From assembly GCA_008632985.1 (NCBI GenBank), contig QPGO01000102.1:62001-126000 (forward strand): a stretch of DNA of 64,000 nucleotides, given 5' to 3'. How positions within the stretch are numbered: the first letter of the stretch is position 1; every line of letters starts with the position of its first letter. The position numbers were made by a program, and so were the translations under genes. This document shows positions 12,601 to 25,827 of the stretch, piece after piece. The DNA comes from Psammoneis japonica (taxonomy: Eukaryota). The notes under the pieces were generated by a model. It was not told where the DNA came from. It did no database searches and worked only from the letters and a program-made list of their open reading frames with translations.

Positions 12601-15600
12601 GGGTGGAGGAATAAGAGGAATGCTGCGGTTCGTGCTTTTCTCCTCTCCTGCTTCGTCTTCTCTCGCTTCGGTGGCGGCGGGGGTGCGAGCATAGTATCTT
12701 TGCAGACGTTAAGATCTCGATGCCGCCCACGCTTCTTGATTCGGACGCGTCAGCGGGGACGTTGTCTTCATATGCATATTTCGGCTCCTGATGCGCCGAC
12801 AGTGGTCGCCTCAATGATGACATCGCCATCCTTCTTCTTCTTCAACTTCAATTCTTTTGGCGGTGGCGGGGGAGGTAAGGTGAAATATTGACAGGGTACG
12901 ACTCTGCATGTTCGTGGACAGAATATTCGATTGGCATTGGAAGCAACTCTCGTTCTTCATTGGCAACATTTTCAGGTTCGTTTACTGAGTTATCGACAAG
13001 GGATTCCACCTCTTTGGATGAGGGTTTGATGCCTGCTTCGGCTTCTTCCTTGTTGTTTCTCTTCTTTTTCTTCCGTCTTGGATTGCCTGCTGGAGGCGGG
13101 GGAGGATTAGAGCAATTAAAGCGTTTGCTGATGATGATTTTGCTTCAGCTTGTTCGGCGTCAGAGCTTCCAATTCAATGACTGAATGCTCTGTCTCGTAT
13201 TCCGAGGTTTCGTCCGATTTTGCCTTATCGGTAGTCGAGTGCACGGAGGAGCGGCTTTTGTCACGATTCGTTCGGCGATTCTTCTTTTTCTTCGATTTCG
13301 GGTTCCCTGGTGGAGGGGGAGGCAGCTCAGACATTTCAGTTGATCTTCGGGATTCATCGTGAGCTCCTTCCTTTGATACAGTGTACATAGTTTGCCCAGA
13401 TGCACCAGCGACCTCCGCATCGGCCAACGTTATTTTGCTCTCGGAACGAATACTGTCGACGTCAGATGTTTCGGGGGTAGTTACGGAGCGCACCACGTCG
13501 TTTTTCCCTTCTTCCGTCTCCTCTTCGTTTTCTTCTTCTTTGGATCACCAAACGGAGGGGGTGGAGGGTTTGTAGCATCAATCGATGACTGAAACTCTCT
13601 AAGAGTAAAGGAGAATGATTCATATGATGTAGCAGCAGGTTCATCTCTTTCCCACTCATTCGACAGCGCTTCACTTTCCATATGACCAGCGGTTTTCTTC
13701 TTCTTTCTCCTTTTCTTCTTCGGTTTGGGATGGCCTGTCGGCGGAGGAGGTGGTTCCGCTGTTTGTGCCTCTTCAAATGTTATGGAAGCCGAGTCAAAGG
13801 ACGTCGCCCTCGTTCTGCGCTCCATTGCTTCAGCGTCTTGTGACTCTCTCAATGACGTGTCTGTCTCGGAATAAACGCTCGATTCGTCAACCGTGATGGG
13901 ATTAGCTGATGCCGACTCTAGGAAGGGAAAGGCGGTGTCGTCTACTTCGACCGAAGCAGTGCCAACAGACCCAGTCTCTGCTTCTTGCGCTCCGGTTTCT
14001 ATCGCTTCCGACCATGCGCCAGAAACTGCTTTCTCTCTGTTATCCAGTGCCGACTTGTCCGGTGATGCTTCTTCTATGTTGCTAAGGACAACCGACGTAG
14101 GAACAACGCAGGAAGCCGATACCTTGTCTTCCAGACTATTTGAAAAAGTTTTATCAAGCGAGCGTTCACGGGTTGCAGAAGCAAAGCTCCCGTCTTCCAT
14201 GGCATCCTGCGGAACGTTGTCGTCCTCCGAGATGGAAGCAGAGTCTACGAGTGGTGGTGTCACATGTTCTTCTGGAGTGTCCGAAACCGAAAATGGCACT
14301 TCCGTATTCTGGATCCTGCATGCTGAAGCGTTCGATTCTTCTTCCAGTGTCTCGGCATTGTTGTCTACCAATGGCATGATGACGGCTTCGCTGGCAACTG
14401 ACGTTTCAGGCAACAGTAAGGCATTTTCGAAATGAGCACTTCCGCCGATCGGTATCCCGCTGGAAGTAATGCCTCGTCCTTTGTTTGAGTCACTTCAGAA
14501 GGTTTATATACCAGGTGTGCACTTTCTTCTCCAGTCGCGAGAATTTCTTTCCTAGCTAATGTATCAGAGTGACCAATTTCCTCTGACGTCGCCATAACTT
14601 CGGATGAAGGAAGGGAGTCTACTTCAATTGTGAAGGCAGCAGGGCTCGGAGATGCTACGCCCCCATGTACTAATGTATGTGAATCCACTACTTCAGCTTT
14701 GGACAGTGGTGCTTCAGTCTGTTCGTTCCGCTTTTCGTCCGATGGCACCTTTTCCACGTTGACGGAAATCGAATTATCTCGTGTTCGCAACCCCAATCAC
14801 ACCAGGCCCGAATAAAGACGTTGTAGTATCGGAATGAGCACCGTCAGCGTCTGGCTTCTCAACAGCCGCCGACGTTTCGTGACAAGCAGCATTAGCTCTG
14901 TTGCTAAAATTGAATGCAGTTTGATCCAAAACAATATTTGCTCCTGTTCCAACTGCATCCATCTCGACCAGAGGCATTGTAGTCTCGGAATGAGAAATGG
15001 CATCGTCCTCCTTCGATTCAGACGCAGACTTAGCCAGTGTTGGGCTTTCGATTCGTCAATCGCATCCGAGCTTCCAGAGCTCGATTCTTTGCCTTCTTCC
15101 GAGGCGTCAGCAACATCGGGTGAGGAAAATGGCTTTGCCGTCTCGGAATGAGCCCGGTATCGTCCGGCGTCACATCCGGCGCTGTCTTTGTTTTTGACGG
15201 CGACGACAATTTGGATTCGTCATCAAATATGGTCGAGGCAATATCCGCCTCACATTCAGAAGGATCGTCGCCATTATCCGGTGGCACACCGGTGTCGGGA
15301 ACAGCTCTGGAATGGGAATTGGCGCTGACCGGCTTCTCCTGTGAAGCCTCGTGCCGTATTATAGCTTTGGATTCGTCACCAACAGTGAATTTGGCTTGGT
15401 CAATTGATACCAGCGATATGTTTCGTTCTCCCGCATCGACAACATTATGTGGAGCCAATGGCTTTGCAGTCTCGGAATGCGCACAGGCATCGTCGGGATT
15501 ATCCTCAGACTCCAGCTTTGCGTCAAGTGGAGCTTTCTGTTCGGCGTAACGAGTGATTGCCTCCGGGATTTCGGGGCTAGAGTTTCCACGTTCTTCGGCT

Positions 15601-18600
15601 GAGTTAGAAACATCCGAAGCAGTAGCCATCAGCACTGCAGTCTCGCAAAGAGCAATGGAATCGTCTTGCTTTTTCGCAGACTCCGGCTTTGCAAGTGGAG
15701 AAACTTTGAATTCTTCGCCACGTTTGGATATATCGCGTCCGGCGGATATCGAGCTTTCGTTATCTTTCCTGCGTCAACAAAATCTGTACCAGATTCTGGC
15801 TTTGCAGGCTCGGAATGCGTAGTGGCATCTTCTAGCTTCTTTTCCGACGACTCAGACGTTTTTGGCAGTGTAGCTATGGATTCATCCTCGACTGTTGCTT
15901 TAGGGGTGTAGGCGGATGCCAAGCTTCCACCTTTATCTCCGCCGTCAAGTACATCTGCTTCAGTCCGTGGCACTTCAGTCTCAGGAAAAGCACTCCTGTA
16001 ATCCGGGGTCTCGTCTTTGTTCGGAATGGGTTCGGCGGCAGCCAAGTCCATGGGTGCATGTTTCGATTCTTCGGCACGTGCTCTCATGTCCCGGCCTGCG
16101 GGTATCGACTTTGCATTTTCTTCCTCTGCATCAACAATGTCCGGTGCTGGCACTGACTTTCCAGTCTCGGCTTGAGCACTAGAATTGTCCCACTTCTCCT
16201 CAGTCTCTGAATTGGCTGGCATTGGCGCTTTTGATTCGTCCGCGACTGTGGCAGCAGCAGCGCTAACGGTTTTTGAGTATGCACTTTCTTCCTCTGCACC
16301 CACAGTATCCGATGCGTCGGCATAAGCACTGGAACTGACCCACTTTTCCTCAGTCTCTGACTTGGCTGGTATTGGCGCTTTAGATTCGTCCGCGAATGTC
16401 GCAGTAGCAGGGCCAACGGATTTTGAGCATGCGCTTTCTTCCTCTGCATCCACAGTATCGGATACGGCCAATGGCTTTCCAGTCTCTGAATGCGTACCGT
16501 CATTTTCCGGATTCTCATCAGTCTCCAACTCTAACTTGGGTTGAGCCTTCGATTCGCTAGCGCGTGCGAGAGTCCCAAACCTTCGAAGCTAGAGTTTCCG
16601 CGTTTTTCTGTTGCTTGAACAACATCCGGGTAGTAGCCAACGGCCCTGCAATCTCAGAATGAGCAATGGAGATATTATGCTTTGGTTCAGATTCCAACTT
16701 TGCAACTGACCAAGCTTTTAATTCTTCGCCACCTGTGATTATATCCCGGCCGGCGCATTTCAAGCTTTCATTATCTTGTCCTGCGTCAACAACATCTGCA
16801 TCAGATTCCTGCTTTGCAGGCTCGGAACGCGTACTAGCATCATCTAACTTCTTCTCCGACTCAGACGTGTCTGGCAGCGTACCTTTCATTTCTTTCTCGA
16901 GTGTCATCATGGCAAGGTCCACGGTTGTCAAACTTTCGCTTTTTTCTGCGCCGTGAGCTACATCTGATTCAGTCCGTGGCACTTCAGTGTCGGAAGAAAC
17001 TCTCCTGATATCCGGGGTCTCGTCATGGTTCGGATTGGGTTCGGCGGCAGCCAAGTCCATGGGTGCAGGTTTCGATTCTTCGGCACGTGCTCTCATGTCC
17101 GGCCTGCGGGTTTCGAGTTTGCATTTTCTCCCTTTGCATCTACAATATCCGGTGCTGGCAATGACTTTCCACCTTCGGCATGAGCATTGGCATTTTCCCG
17201 CTTCTCCTCAGTCTCTGACTTGGCTGGTATTGGCGCTTTCGATTCGTCCGCGAATGGGGCAGCAGCAGGGTCAACGGCTCTTGAGTATACACTTTTCCCT
17301 CTGCATTTACAGTATCCGATGCGGCCAACGGATTTCCACTCTCTGAATGCGTTCCGTCCTTGTCCGAATTCTCCTCATCTTCAACTCTGACTCAAGTGGG
17401 GCCTTCGATTCGTTAGGACGTGCGAGAGAAACCAAACCTTCGAAGCTAGAGTTTCCACGCTTTTCTGCTGCTTGGACAGCATCCGGAGCAGAAGACAACG
17501 GCATCGCAGCCTCGGAATGAGCAACAGAGTCATCCTGCTTTGGTTCAGACGAAGCTTTGAATTCTTCGCCACCTGTGGTTTCATCCCGACCGGCGCATTT
17601 CGAGCTTTCGTTATCTTCTCCTACATCAACAAAACCTGCATCAGCTTCTACAGTCTCGGAACGCGTACTGGCATCTTCTAGCTTCTCCGACTCAGACGTG
17701 TCTGGCAGCGTACCTTTCATTTCTTTCTCGAGTGTTATCATGGCAAGGTCCACGGTTGTCAAACTTTCGCTTTTTTCTGCGCCGTGAGCTACATCTGATT
17801 CAGTCCGTGGCACTTCAGTGTCGGAAGAAACTCTCCTGATATCCGGGGTCTCGTCATGGTTCGGATTGGGTTCGGCGGCAGCCAAGTCCATGGGTGCAGG
17901 TTTCGATTCTTCTACACGTGCTCTCATGTCTCGGCCTGCGGGTTTCGAGTTTGCATTTTCTCCTTGCATCTACAATATCCGGTGCTGGCACTGACTTTCC
18001 ACCTTCGGCATGAGCATTGGCATTTTCCCGCTTCTCCTCAGTCTCTGACTTGGCTGGTATTGGCGCTTTCGATTCGTCCGCGAATGGGCAGCAGCAGGGT
18101 CAACGGCTCTTGAGTATACACTTTTCCCTCTGCATTTACAGTATCCGATGCGGCCAACGGATTTCCACTCTCTGAATGCGTACCGTCCTTGTCCGAATTC
18201 TCCTCAGTCTTCAACTCTGACTCAAGTGGGCCTTCGATTCGTTAGGACGTGCGAGAGAAACCAAACCTTCGAAGCTAGAGTTTCCACGCTTTTCTGCTGC
18301 TTGGACAGCATCCGGAGCAGAAGACAACGGTATCGCAGCCTCGGAATGAGCAACAGAGTCATCCTGCTTTGGTTCAGACGAAGCTTTGAATTCTTCGCCA
18401 CCTGTGGTTTCATCCCGACCGGCGCATTTCGAGCTTTCGTTATCTTCTCCTACATCAACAAAACCTTCATCAGTTTCTACAGTCTCGGAACGCGTACTGG
18501 CATCTTCTAGCTTCTCCGACTCAGACTTGTCTGACAGTGTAGCTTTGGATTCTTCCTCGAGTGTCATTATGGCAGGGTCCGCGGTTGCCGAGCCTTCGGA

Positions 18601-21147
18601 TTCTTCTTTACCGTCAACTACATCCGCTTCAGTCTGTAGCACTTTAGTCACAGAAGAAACACTCCTGTGTCAGTTGTCTCGCCATTGCCGGGAATCGGTA
18701 CGACAGCGGGTCAACGGGTGAAGTATTCGTTTTCATAATTTCTTCTCGTCTTCAACATCTTCCGGTTCAACCACAGTCGCCTTCGCGGTGCTATCCGCCT
18801 TCGTCTCATCTGGTGTATCGTCTTGTAAAGCTGACGGTTCTTCAGGTACTGGGTCGACGTCTTCGTCATCTCTCGGTTTGGCCTCTGAAATGTCCTCTCG
18901 CGAGATTGAGACTTGGACGCAGCAATGTCGACGTTTTCGATTTCATCTGCTTCAGTATCGTTTTCAGCTTCTGCGCCAACGGAGTCCAATGCATTCGATA
19001 CGACATCGGTTTCAAAGGAATAGTTTCCTTCGCTGGTAACTGCGACTCCTCCGATATCTGTACTTCAATCCAGTCCTTAGCCGGCGGTATCTTTTCTGGA
19101 CTGCAAGTAACCACGTCAGCAGCGTGTTTACTAGGAGACTCAACCATTGCAACGACCACCGTAGGTCCGAGCACGCCCTCGCTCTTTTGGGCGTCCGTTG
19201 GCATATCCTTTTCCAAACTGGCTCTTTGAGCCGCCATTACCGCAGATTTAAATGTGGAAGTCTGCAACACCTTGTCGATCTCAAGAAGGGACGCGGCCGT
19301 GTCGGAGCAAGCATCCACGATGGCGCAATCATCATTGTCACTTTCGAATGCTTCACTGTAACTGTCTTCATCCTCGACATAGTTCATGCCCCACTTGCCC
19401 TCTTCTGAAGAGGACGATGAGTAGGAAGAATCATCTTCAACAAAATACCCCTGTCGTTCGATTCAACGCTGTGGCTAGATGACATGGCGGCATACGCTTC
19501 CGCTTGCTGCTTAATTGCTTCGTCGCCGCTATCATCGGGTTCTTCGTTGTCATCGTCTGCGTCACTGCTAAGATTCGAAGGCATTGCGGTATACGCTTCC
19601 ACTCTTTGCTTTATCCGTTCCTTGCCCTCTGTCACTTCATTACTGGACATTCCCACCAACGGTTCCGATTCTGTTTCACTCCGTGATTTGTTCAATGCTA
19701 GCAGAGGTTCGTCGTCCTTGTACGGTGGTAAGTTGACAGGAGGCTCGGACTGTAGTTGCTCTTGCTCTTGTTGCTGAACCTCGTCCATGTTGGCAAAAAT
19801 CTGCATAGCCTTGGGGGAGAAGGTTGGAGCACCCGGGTCTTCAGCCCATGAGGATGACGTGTCAAACATGTCGACTTGTTCCACCACCTCCTCCTTTTCC
19901 TGTGCGGTATCAAAGCTTGCCTTCCAGCCGCTGTCGTTTGTGAGGCGAACATTGTTTTCGTCTACCATATCGGGAGGGGTATCAAAGGTTGCCTTCCAGC
20001 CACTGTCATTTGAACCAGGAACATTATTTTGTTCTTCCAAGTCGAGCACAGTATCAAAGAAGGGTCGTCCTGATGGAAAAAGAGCTGCTCATCGTTGTGG
20101 TCACCAAGATCCGGATCAACGTCAAGAAAGATCTCAGTGTCACTGAGTTGATCTTCCACGTCGTGAAAGACATCATCATCACTAGCATACTTGTCATCAG
20201 TGTCATTCTCTCTGATGTATTTCTGACGCTTGCCTTGCAAAGACTTGTGTACCTCTCGACTGCGGCCTCTCGTAGTGTGGGATCATCGTCCAGAGGAGAT
20301 CGCCGAGTATGCAACATTCCTGGCTGCTGAAATGGTTTGGGACCTTGCTCTGAGTGAGCTTCATCCGTCTTTTTGTTACTAAACCAATCTTACGTTCCTT
20401 ATCACCCACTGATGTATCACTAGAGACCTTCTTTTCTCTCTGCAAATCAGGCTTGCTGCTATTCTTCCGTGGTGGAGTAGGCGGATACGCATGAATCGAC
20501 CGGGTATCCCATGACGACTTGGGCTCCACAACCTCTGGCTGTTGCTGTACAACTTCTGGTTCTGAAGTAACGGTAACGGTCCCACTCTTATGATCATTGA
20601 CATCAACTGAAATATCGCTAGCAACCTTCTTTTCTCTCTGCAAATCATGCTTGCTGCTTTTCTGCCGTGGTGGATTAGGCGGATGCGCGTGAATCGATCG
20701 TGTATCCGATGACGACTTGAGCTCCACAACCTCTGGTTGTTGATGTGCAACTTCTGGTTCTGAAATATCGGTAACAGTCTCTTGGATACTGTCTTGAGTC
20801 ATGAGACTGTCGACTCGCTCCACATCGCTTTGATTTGTATCGAGAGTTCTCTGGCTTTCCACGGAAAAGGACTTCGAAATCGATGTGGCGTACGTTTTAC
20901 GAGCCGCTAACCTTTTCACCAATTTGGCTTTGTGAGCGCTGTCTGGTACGCCACGTCGTTTCTTGACGACAGGACTGGCACTGCGAGGTGGTGGAGTCGT
21001 GGCAGCATCAGTAGGTTGTGTTTGTGCTTGTTTCTGCTTGCTGGCCTGAAACTTATCGTACTTTTGCTGTTTTCTTCGTCGACGTGGAAGAGTACGACCC
21101 GACGAGGACGACCGTGTCTCAGCTGGCGATTCTTTATCGCTGTCCAT
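9685..21147 (-). CDS. Giant (~3800 aa) acidic low-complexity protein with a C-terminal Rab-GAP TBC domain; split into about 20 ORFs by frameshifts
   Basis: TBC motifs IQRDVARSFG (Arg finger), VGYCQGMDYVVAHLL (Gln finger), LPVLADHFEHH, WFQTLF, MWDIWLVE. A continuous chain of minus-strand E/S/A/K-rich ORFs runs from MDSDKESPAE (21147) with no intergenic gap. The single-gene model is an inference. Confidence 0.7.
12830..13760 (-). repeat. Five copies of a polyPro-(G[NDH]P)-polyLys/Arg peptide motif inside the TBC gene
   Basis: PPPPPTGHPKPKKKRRKKKK (~13720), PPPPPFGDPKKKKTKRRRK (~13540), PPPPPGNPKSKKKKNRR (~13300), PPPPPAGNPRRKKKKRN (~13080), PPPPPKELKLKKKK (~12850). Confidence 0.8.
14900..18660 (-). 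repeat. Coding tandem repeat array, unit about 830-1000 bp, roughly 3.5-4 copies
   Basis: Near-identical blocks with ~830 bp period (TCAGACGTGTCTGGCAGCG at 16861 and 17692; TTTTCTGCTGCTTGGACAGC at 17461 and ~18290). More diverged copies near 15960-16500 and 15100-15600. Confidence 0.85.
20400..20770 (-). repeat. Two ~198-bp coding tandem copies
   Basis: QQPEVVELKSSSDTRSIHAHPPNPPRQKSSKHDLQREKKV vs QQPEVVEPKSSWDTRSIHAYPPTPPRKNSSKPDLQREKKV. Confidence 0.8.
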
Positions 21148-21814
21148 TGTAATGTACTGTATGGTTGGATGTGGTAGAGGCTGGAAGGGACCGTTGCGGC
21201 GACGACGACGGCTGCCGTGTCATTGTATGTCTTCCGCGCAAATTTTTGATGGAGTTCGGTCGCACGTCGTCCGGCCAATGAGGAGGCAGCACGTCGATAT
21301 TTTATAAAGTTATAAATAGTATTGTATGATGGGACGTTACACAGGTCGGAAATACAGTTTATTCATTCATGCAGGACATTCAATATTGTAAAGCAGGCGT
21401 CCGTCAGTCGGTCGACATGCGATGCTCACATCTTGGATTTTCTTTTCTTTTCTGTGGTAGGATTCAGCTCTATTTTATTCTAGAGTAGGCCCTAGAAGTT
21501 TAGAGTAGGTTCTTATTATACGATGAGTTGGGTGTGATGAAATATACATTCTAGGATTCCAAGCTGTCGGCAGATACGGCAAACGTGATACGTAGTTTTC
21601 GCAAGATTGTTTGGAGGTTGTAGATCGCGCCGCGCGGGGAGACGACTCTTTTTTTCTTACTCTTCAAACTTCATGTCGTGAGTTGTGACAAGGCGTAGAC
21701 TGTAGGGCTTTCGGCGTGTCACAGAGTTCCTACGCTCCCTCGAAATCCCTTGTTGCATTTAAGCGTGATATTCCTAAAACAAAATGGCATTTAGTCCTGC
21801 CGCTGTTACCTGTT

Positions 21815-22435
21815 TTAAAGCATTTGCAGTCGAACAATAAGAAAGACGGACGTCATTCCAAATGCAATCGTTCGAAACCAGTTGGCTCGAACCCAGGGAG
21901 CTTCAAAGCGCGAGCGCTCGACAGTGAGCGCCGAAGCATCCATTTTGGCAATGTTGAGTTTCTGAACCGCATCGTTCAAGGGGAGATTGATGCGGACGGT
22001 CGAGACGTGGCCAGCCAGGTACAACACTGTAAACACTGCCCAAAGGGCTTTGACTTTTTTGCTCTCTTCCGGGGTCAAAAACACTGAAACGGCGCTAGCA
22101 ACCAAAGAGACGATTGATCCGAGCCATAATAACATGAAGACTGGTTGACCGTCTTGAATGATTCCGTCAATTGCTTGGAATGCCTTCAAATACGCCGCAT
22201 CTGACAGCCGGGCTAACCCAGGCATGAGCACAATGGCACAAAATAGCATCATGGCAAAGACTGCTGCGCATGAGAATACAGCAAGAGGCAGGGATGTGCT
22301 CAAGACGGTCGTAGGAAGGGCACCACCACCGCCTCGGACGAGTTCCGTCGATGTCGTGGCAAAGGACGAAGGGGACAAGACGCCGTGATGTTGAAAGCTT
22401 GTCGCAGCTGCAGAATAGAAGGGTAGAAACGCCAT
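21815..22435 (-). CDS. DUF1772 / anthrone-oxygenase-like membrane protein
   Basis: MPGLARLSDAAYLKAFQAIDGIIQDGQPVFMLLWLGS...NLPLNDAVQ...RSRFEAPWVRANWFRT; four hydrophobic helices. Confidence 0.8.
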   Translation of the reverse strand: MAFLPFYSAAATSFQHHGVLSPSSFATTSTELVRGGGGALPTTVLSTSLPLAVFSCAAVFAMMLFCAIVLMPGLARLSDAAYLKAFQAIDGIIQDGQPVFMLLWLGSIVSLVASAVSVFLTPEESKKVKALWAVFTVLYLAGHVSTVRINLPLNDAVQKLNIAKMDASALTVERSRFEAPWVRANWFRTIAFGMTSVFLIVRLQML

Positions 22436-23112
22436 GTTGTCTCTCAATACAACGTTGTTGTTATGCAGGGACTCCGCCTTCAGCAATGTCAAAATATCAT
22501 AGTGGGTTCACTCGTGATGGCAAGAAAACAACACCGGCTCAAGATCCAGAGAGTTCGCCAATGACGTCATAAGATGGCCCTGAGTTCGGCAGGTGACGTT
22601 GACGTTTTGCATTCTGCAAGCTGTCTTGAGTCTACGGTATTGTCTATTTTCCTTCAGTAAGCTACGACTCTGGCTCTACTAGCTATCGTAGCTAGCTTGA
22701 ATGCATCCAGACTCTCCAGTGGCTCATCTACTAGGTGGTTTTGTTCAGTAGCTCCTCTGGTATTGCCAATGTGAGTCGATTGGTAGAATCCATGAGGAGC
22801 GTGGTCCCAGACTAGACTACACGCAAGTGCACTCCAAAAATTGGCGGGCAGTCAACCGGAGAGGACCTTTCTCCAGCAAGATCCGATACAAGGTGCATCG
22901 AATGGAAACTATCCAACATAACAGCGTCCAAGCGGCAATTGAAGCTTACACCTCACGTTCGTGTGTCAACTTAAGCGAGGCGTCGGTAGTGTAATGTGAG
23001 ACCGCGGCTGAGCATCTTGCATGACAGAAAATCAGGGTCACCGGATCGCAGTCGAATGAGATGGTGTCTATCAACAGTTGAACAACGGCGCCGGTGCGAA
23101 TTTCCAGATCGT

Positions 23113-23575
23113 TTATTCCCGTTGTGCGGTGTGGCGCTTCTCAAGTTCGGCAGCGTCGCGCTGAGAGACCAACTCGGTTAGGGTGCGCTTCAGCTCTTCG
23201 ACATAGGCTTTCTATCTCAGACGAGTATTCCTTGCGTGCTCTCGGTTGCGATCACGATTCTGACGTGCGCGCTCGTCCGGTGTAAGGTTCTGTCTCTTTG
23301 CTCTGTTGTTGGCTTTTGAGTCGGCAGCTACTGCCGCAGCCGCAGCAGTTGCCGCTGCGGAGGAGCTATCCGTTGCACCGGCACAAGCGGTAACCCAATT
23401 GCTGCTCGTCAATGCCTTAATGTGAGCCGTACTCGTGTCGATTTTGCCCTTGAACTTGCCTTCCTCCGGTTTTCCAGTGGTAACCTTATTCTCGGTTCCC
23501 ACATTAAGAATCAGATTGGTAACAGCGGCCTGTGCAACCGACTTGAAATCCGCAGGCTGTTGAACGGTGCAGCAT
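23113..23575 (-). pseudogene. Truncated bZIP transcription-factor gene fragment with an in-frame stop
   Basis: DFKSVAQAAVTNLI...DTSTAHIKALTSSNWVTAC...RARQNRDRNREHARNTRLR-TAG(23212-23214)-KAYVEELKRTLTELVSQRD...QRE-TAA. An in-frame stop also lies just upstream, and there is no ATG. Confidence 0.7.
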
Positions 23576-24034
23576 TAACCACGTCGAAGCTGGAGTCGTC
23601 CTAGTTTCGTCGACGTTGCATGGTTCACACCTTTTCCTCGTTCATCTCTCCAAATCCAAAGATCTGAAATGCGCTGAACAACAAGACTCATAGGCATACC
23701 GTATGCTAGAAACACAGCAATAGGCTGACCGACATTGCCAGTCGAGGCTCCCTGCCGTCGTTCAGGGCAACACTAGTCTCCAGTGCAGCCCACCGTGTCC
23801 TGTTCAAAGAACTACATCGATGCATAAGAAGTAGTAGCTATGGTGACATAGCGATGAGCCATGGGCAAACTCCGACTCACAGACGGTTTTCTCGGCGGCG
23901 AGTTTTCAAAGAAAACCATCATCCAATAGTTCTGAATGTCTTTGGTGTAACAAAGTCGCACCCCACAGCTCTAGCCCACTCTTAACCAGTCGTGAACCGC
24001 TATGTCTTGTGGACTCATTGCATGATTTGTCTAT

Positions 24035-25272
24035 TCATTGAGTCCCATCATCACCCGCCGACTTCTCAACAGGAACCGAGTCATGTCCATTCATTTCACA
24101 CGTTTGTTGTTCTACATTCATTTCATCAGCCCGTTCGACATTGAAAGTTTGAGACGTGCTCGATCTCCTGGCAGAGGATACATTTGATCTCCTGGCAGAA
24201 GATGTATCTTCAAAGGTATATGTATCTTGTCGAAACAAAGCGTTCCGACTTCGAATGACTTGCCATACTCCCAGATCGGGATGGTCTTCTCGAAACGTAA
24301 TATATCGAGGACGAAGGTAAACCAATGCATTAAAGAAACCCTGGAGCGGTACGAAAAAGGCTTGCAAAAATAGAATAGGAGTATATGTTTGATCAGCAGC
24401 CAACTGCGTTGTCCAAGTAATCTACAAGCGTGAACCAGGTTGTGAGTGACAATGCGAGATTTCAAGTCACGACAACACTCTAGTGCATAGTATGATGTAC
24501 TTACAATGGGAAAGATCCAGGTAAGGTAGTACGCAAGGACATATAAGGTAGCTTGGTTAGCAACCTTTCGTGCTTGACTCGTTCCATTTATCTGATATCG
24601 ACTCGATGCCGTTTCGGTTCGTCGCACGGTCCTGTAGATGAGAATCATGGCGATCGTAATAAGCAGAAAGGTGCTCCAGATAAAGGCATGAAAAAAGACC
24701 CATCGATATATATAAGAATTATCTCCCCGTTGACATGTTGTATAGCCATATTCATATGTTTGCTTGCAAGAGAGAGGCAGCGGTCCGATCCAACAGGTCC
24801 ATCCGATTGCATTGTATAACGTGAGAGGAATACCGGCAATCGCAGTCGCCCATCCAATTGATAGCGGTACAATGTGCATCCATGGCTCGAGACGTTTGAA
24901 TCTATCTTGTTTCCAGCCATATTGAATAGTGAGATAATAGTAAAGCGTGAGACTTCCGTTGTAAAGGGGACTCGCCAAGCTCGAGCCGTGTCCGAAAAAT
25001 CCGGCAGCGGTGCAGGTTTGAGTCGTTCCAACAGCGCCGTACGTGGTTCCTCTTGGTATCGGCCATGTAGATAGAAAGGATTTGAAGGAACTGATAATAT
25101 CCATGGCACTCAGACCCAAAAGGATGCGATGATAGACACGCCGTCGTTGCCTTCGAAGGATGTGTACAACGATAAAGGTGGATCCGACAAGCGAAAGCGA
25201 AGCAGTAAACTTGGGGATGATTGCTATCGCTTTTTGCTGATTCTCTGTCAAAGGAGGCGTCCAGTTGGGCAT
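24035..25272 (-). CDS. 7TM GPCR, cAMP-receptor/Git3-like; 2 exons
   Basis: SLSLVGSTFIV, YHRILLGLSAMD, TCTAAGFF, WTCWIGPLP, VANQATLYVLAYYLTWIFP; intron 24504-24422 restores FVPLQGFFNALVYLRPR. Confidence 0.88.
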
Positions 25273-25827
25273 TCTAAAGCATCAGCAAGCTTTAGTTGAG
25301 ATTTACTGTAGCGTTAGACTGGCAACAGGATTGTATTAGGGATAGCTAGTACCTAATACATGAAGAGAATAGAGCGACAGGCAGAGCCACATCGCATTTC
25401 ACGCGCAGTCGGGCAGTCGGTGGCATTTTTTGGGCGTTGAGAATGAGTCATGAGTCATCGTGTCGCACTATTGCCCTCTATTAGTTGTGTTTTCTTCGCT
25501 CACTTTTTCCTTTTTGTCCAAATGCGGTGCAGTCAAGAACAGCGGTCGAAATAGTATAATTAGACCTATGTGACCTCTTCCCCTCAGCTTCCTAATACAT
25601 ATATGATAGAACAAGACTCTAGAGACTCCGACGATAACATCATTTTCGTCGATTCACTTGCGAGAGCAAAGGGGGGACTAGAGTGCATCGGGGAGGAGGA
25701 ACGAAAGCCACAATGATTCTCCATAATTTCATTATCGCTGTCACCAAAAGGCTGAATGATTGAAAAAAGACGACCGGTACCCTACTACTAGTTCACAACG
25801 ATTTTAAATTTAAGATTTTGTTCACAC

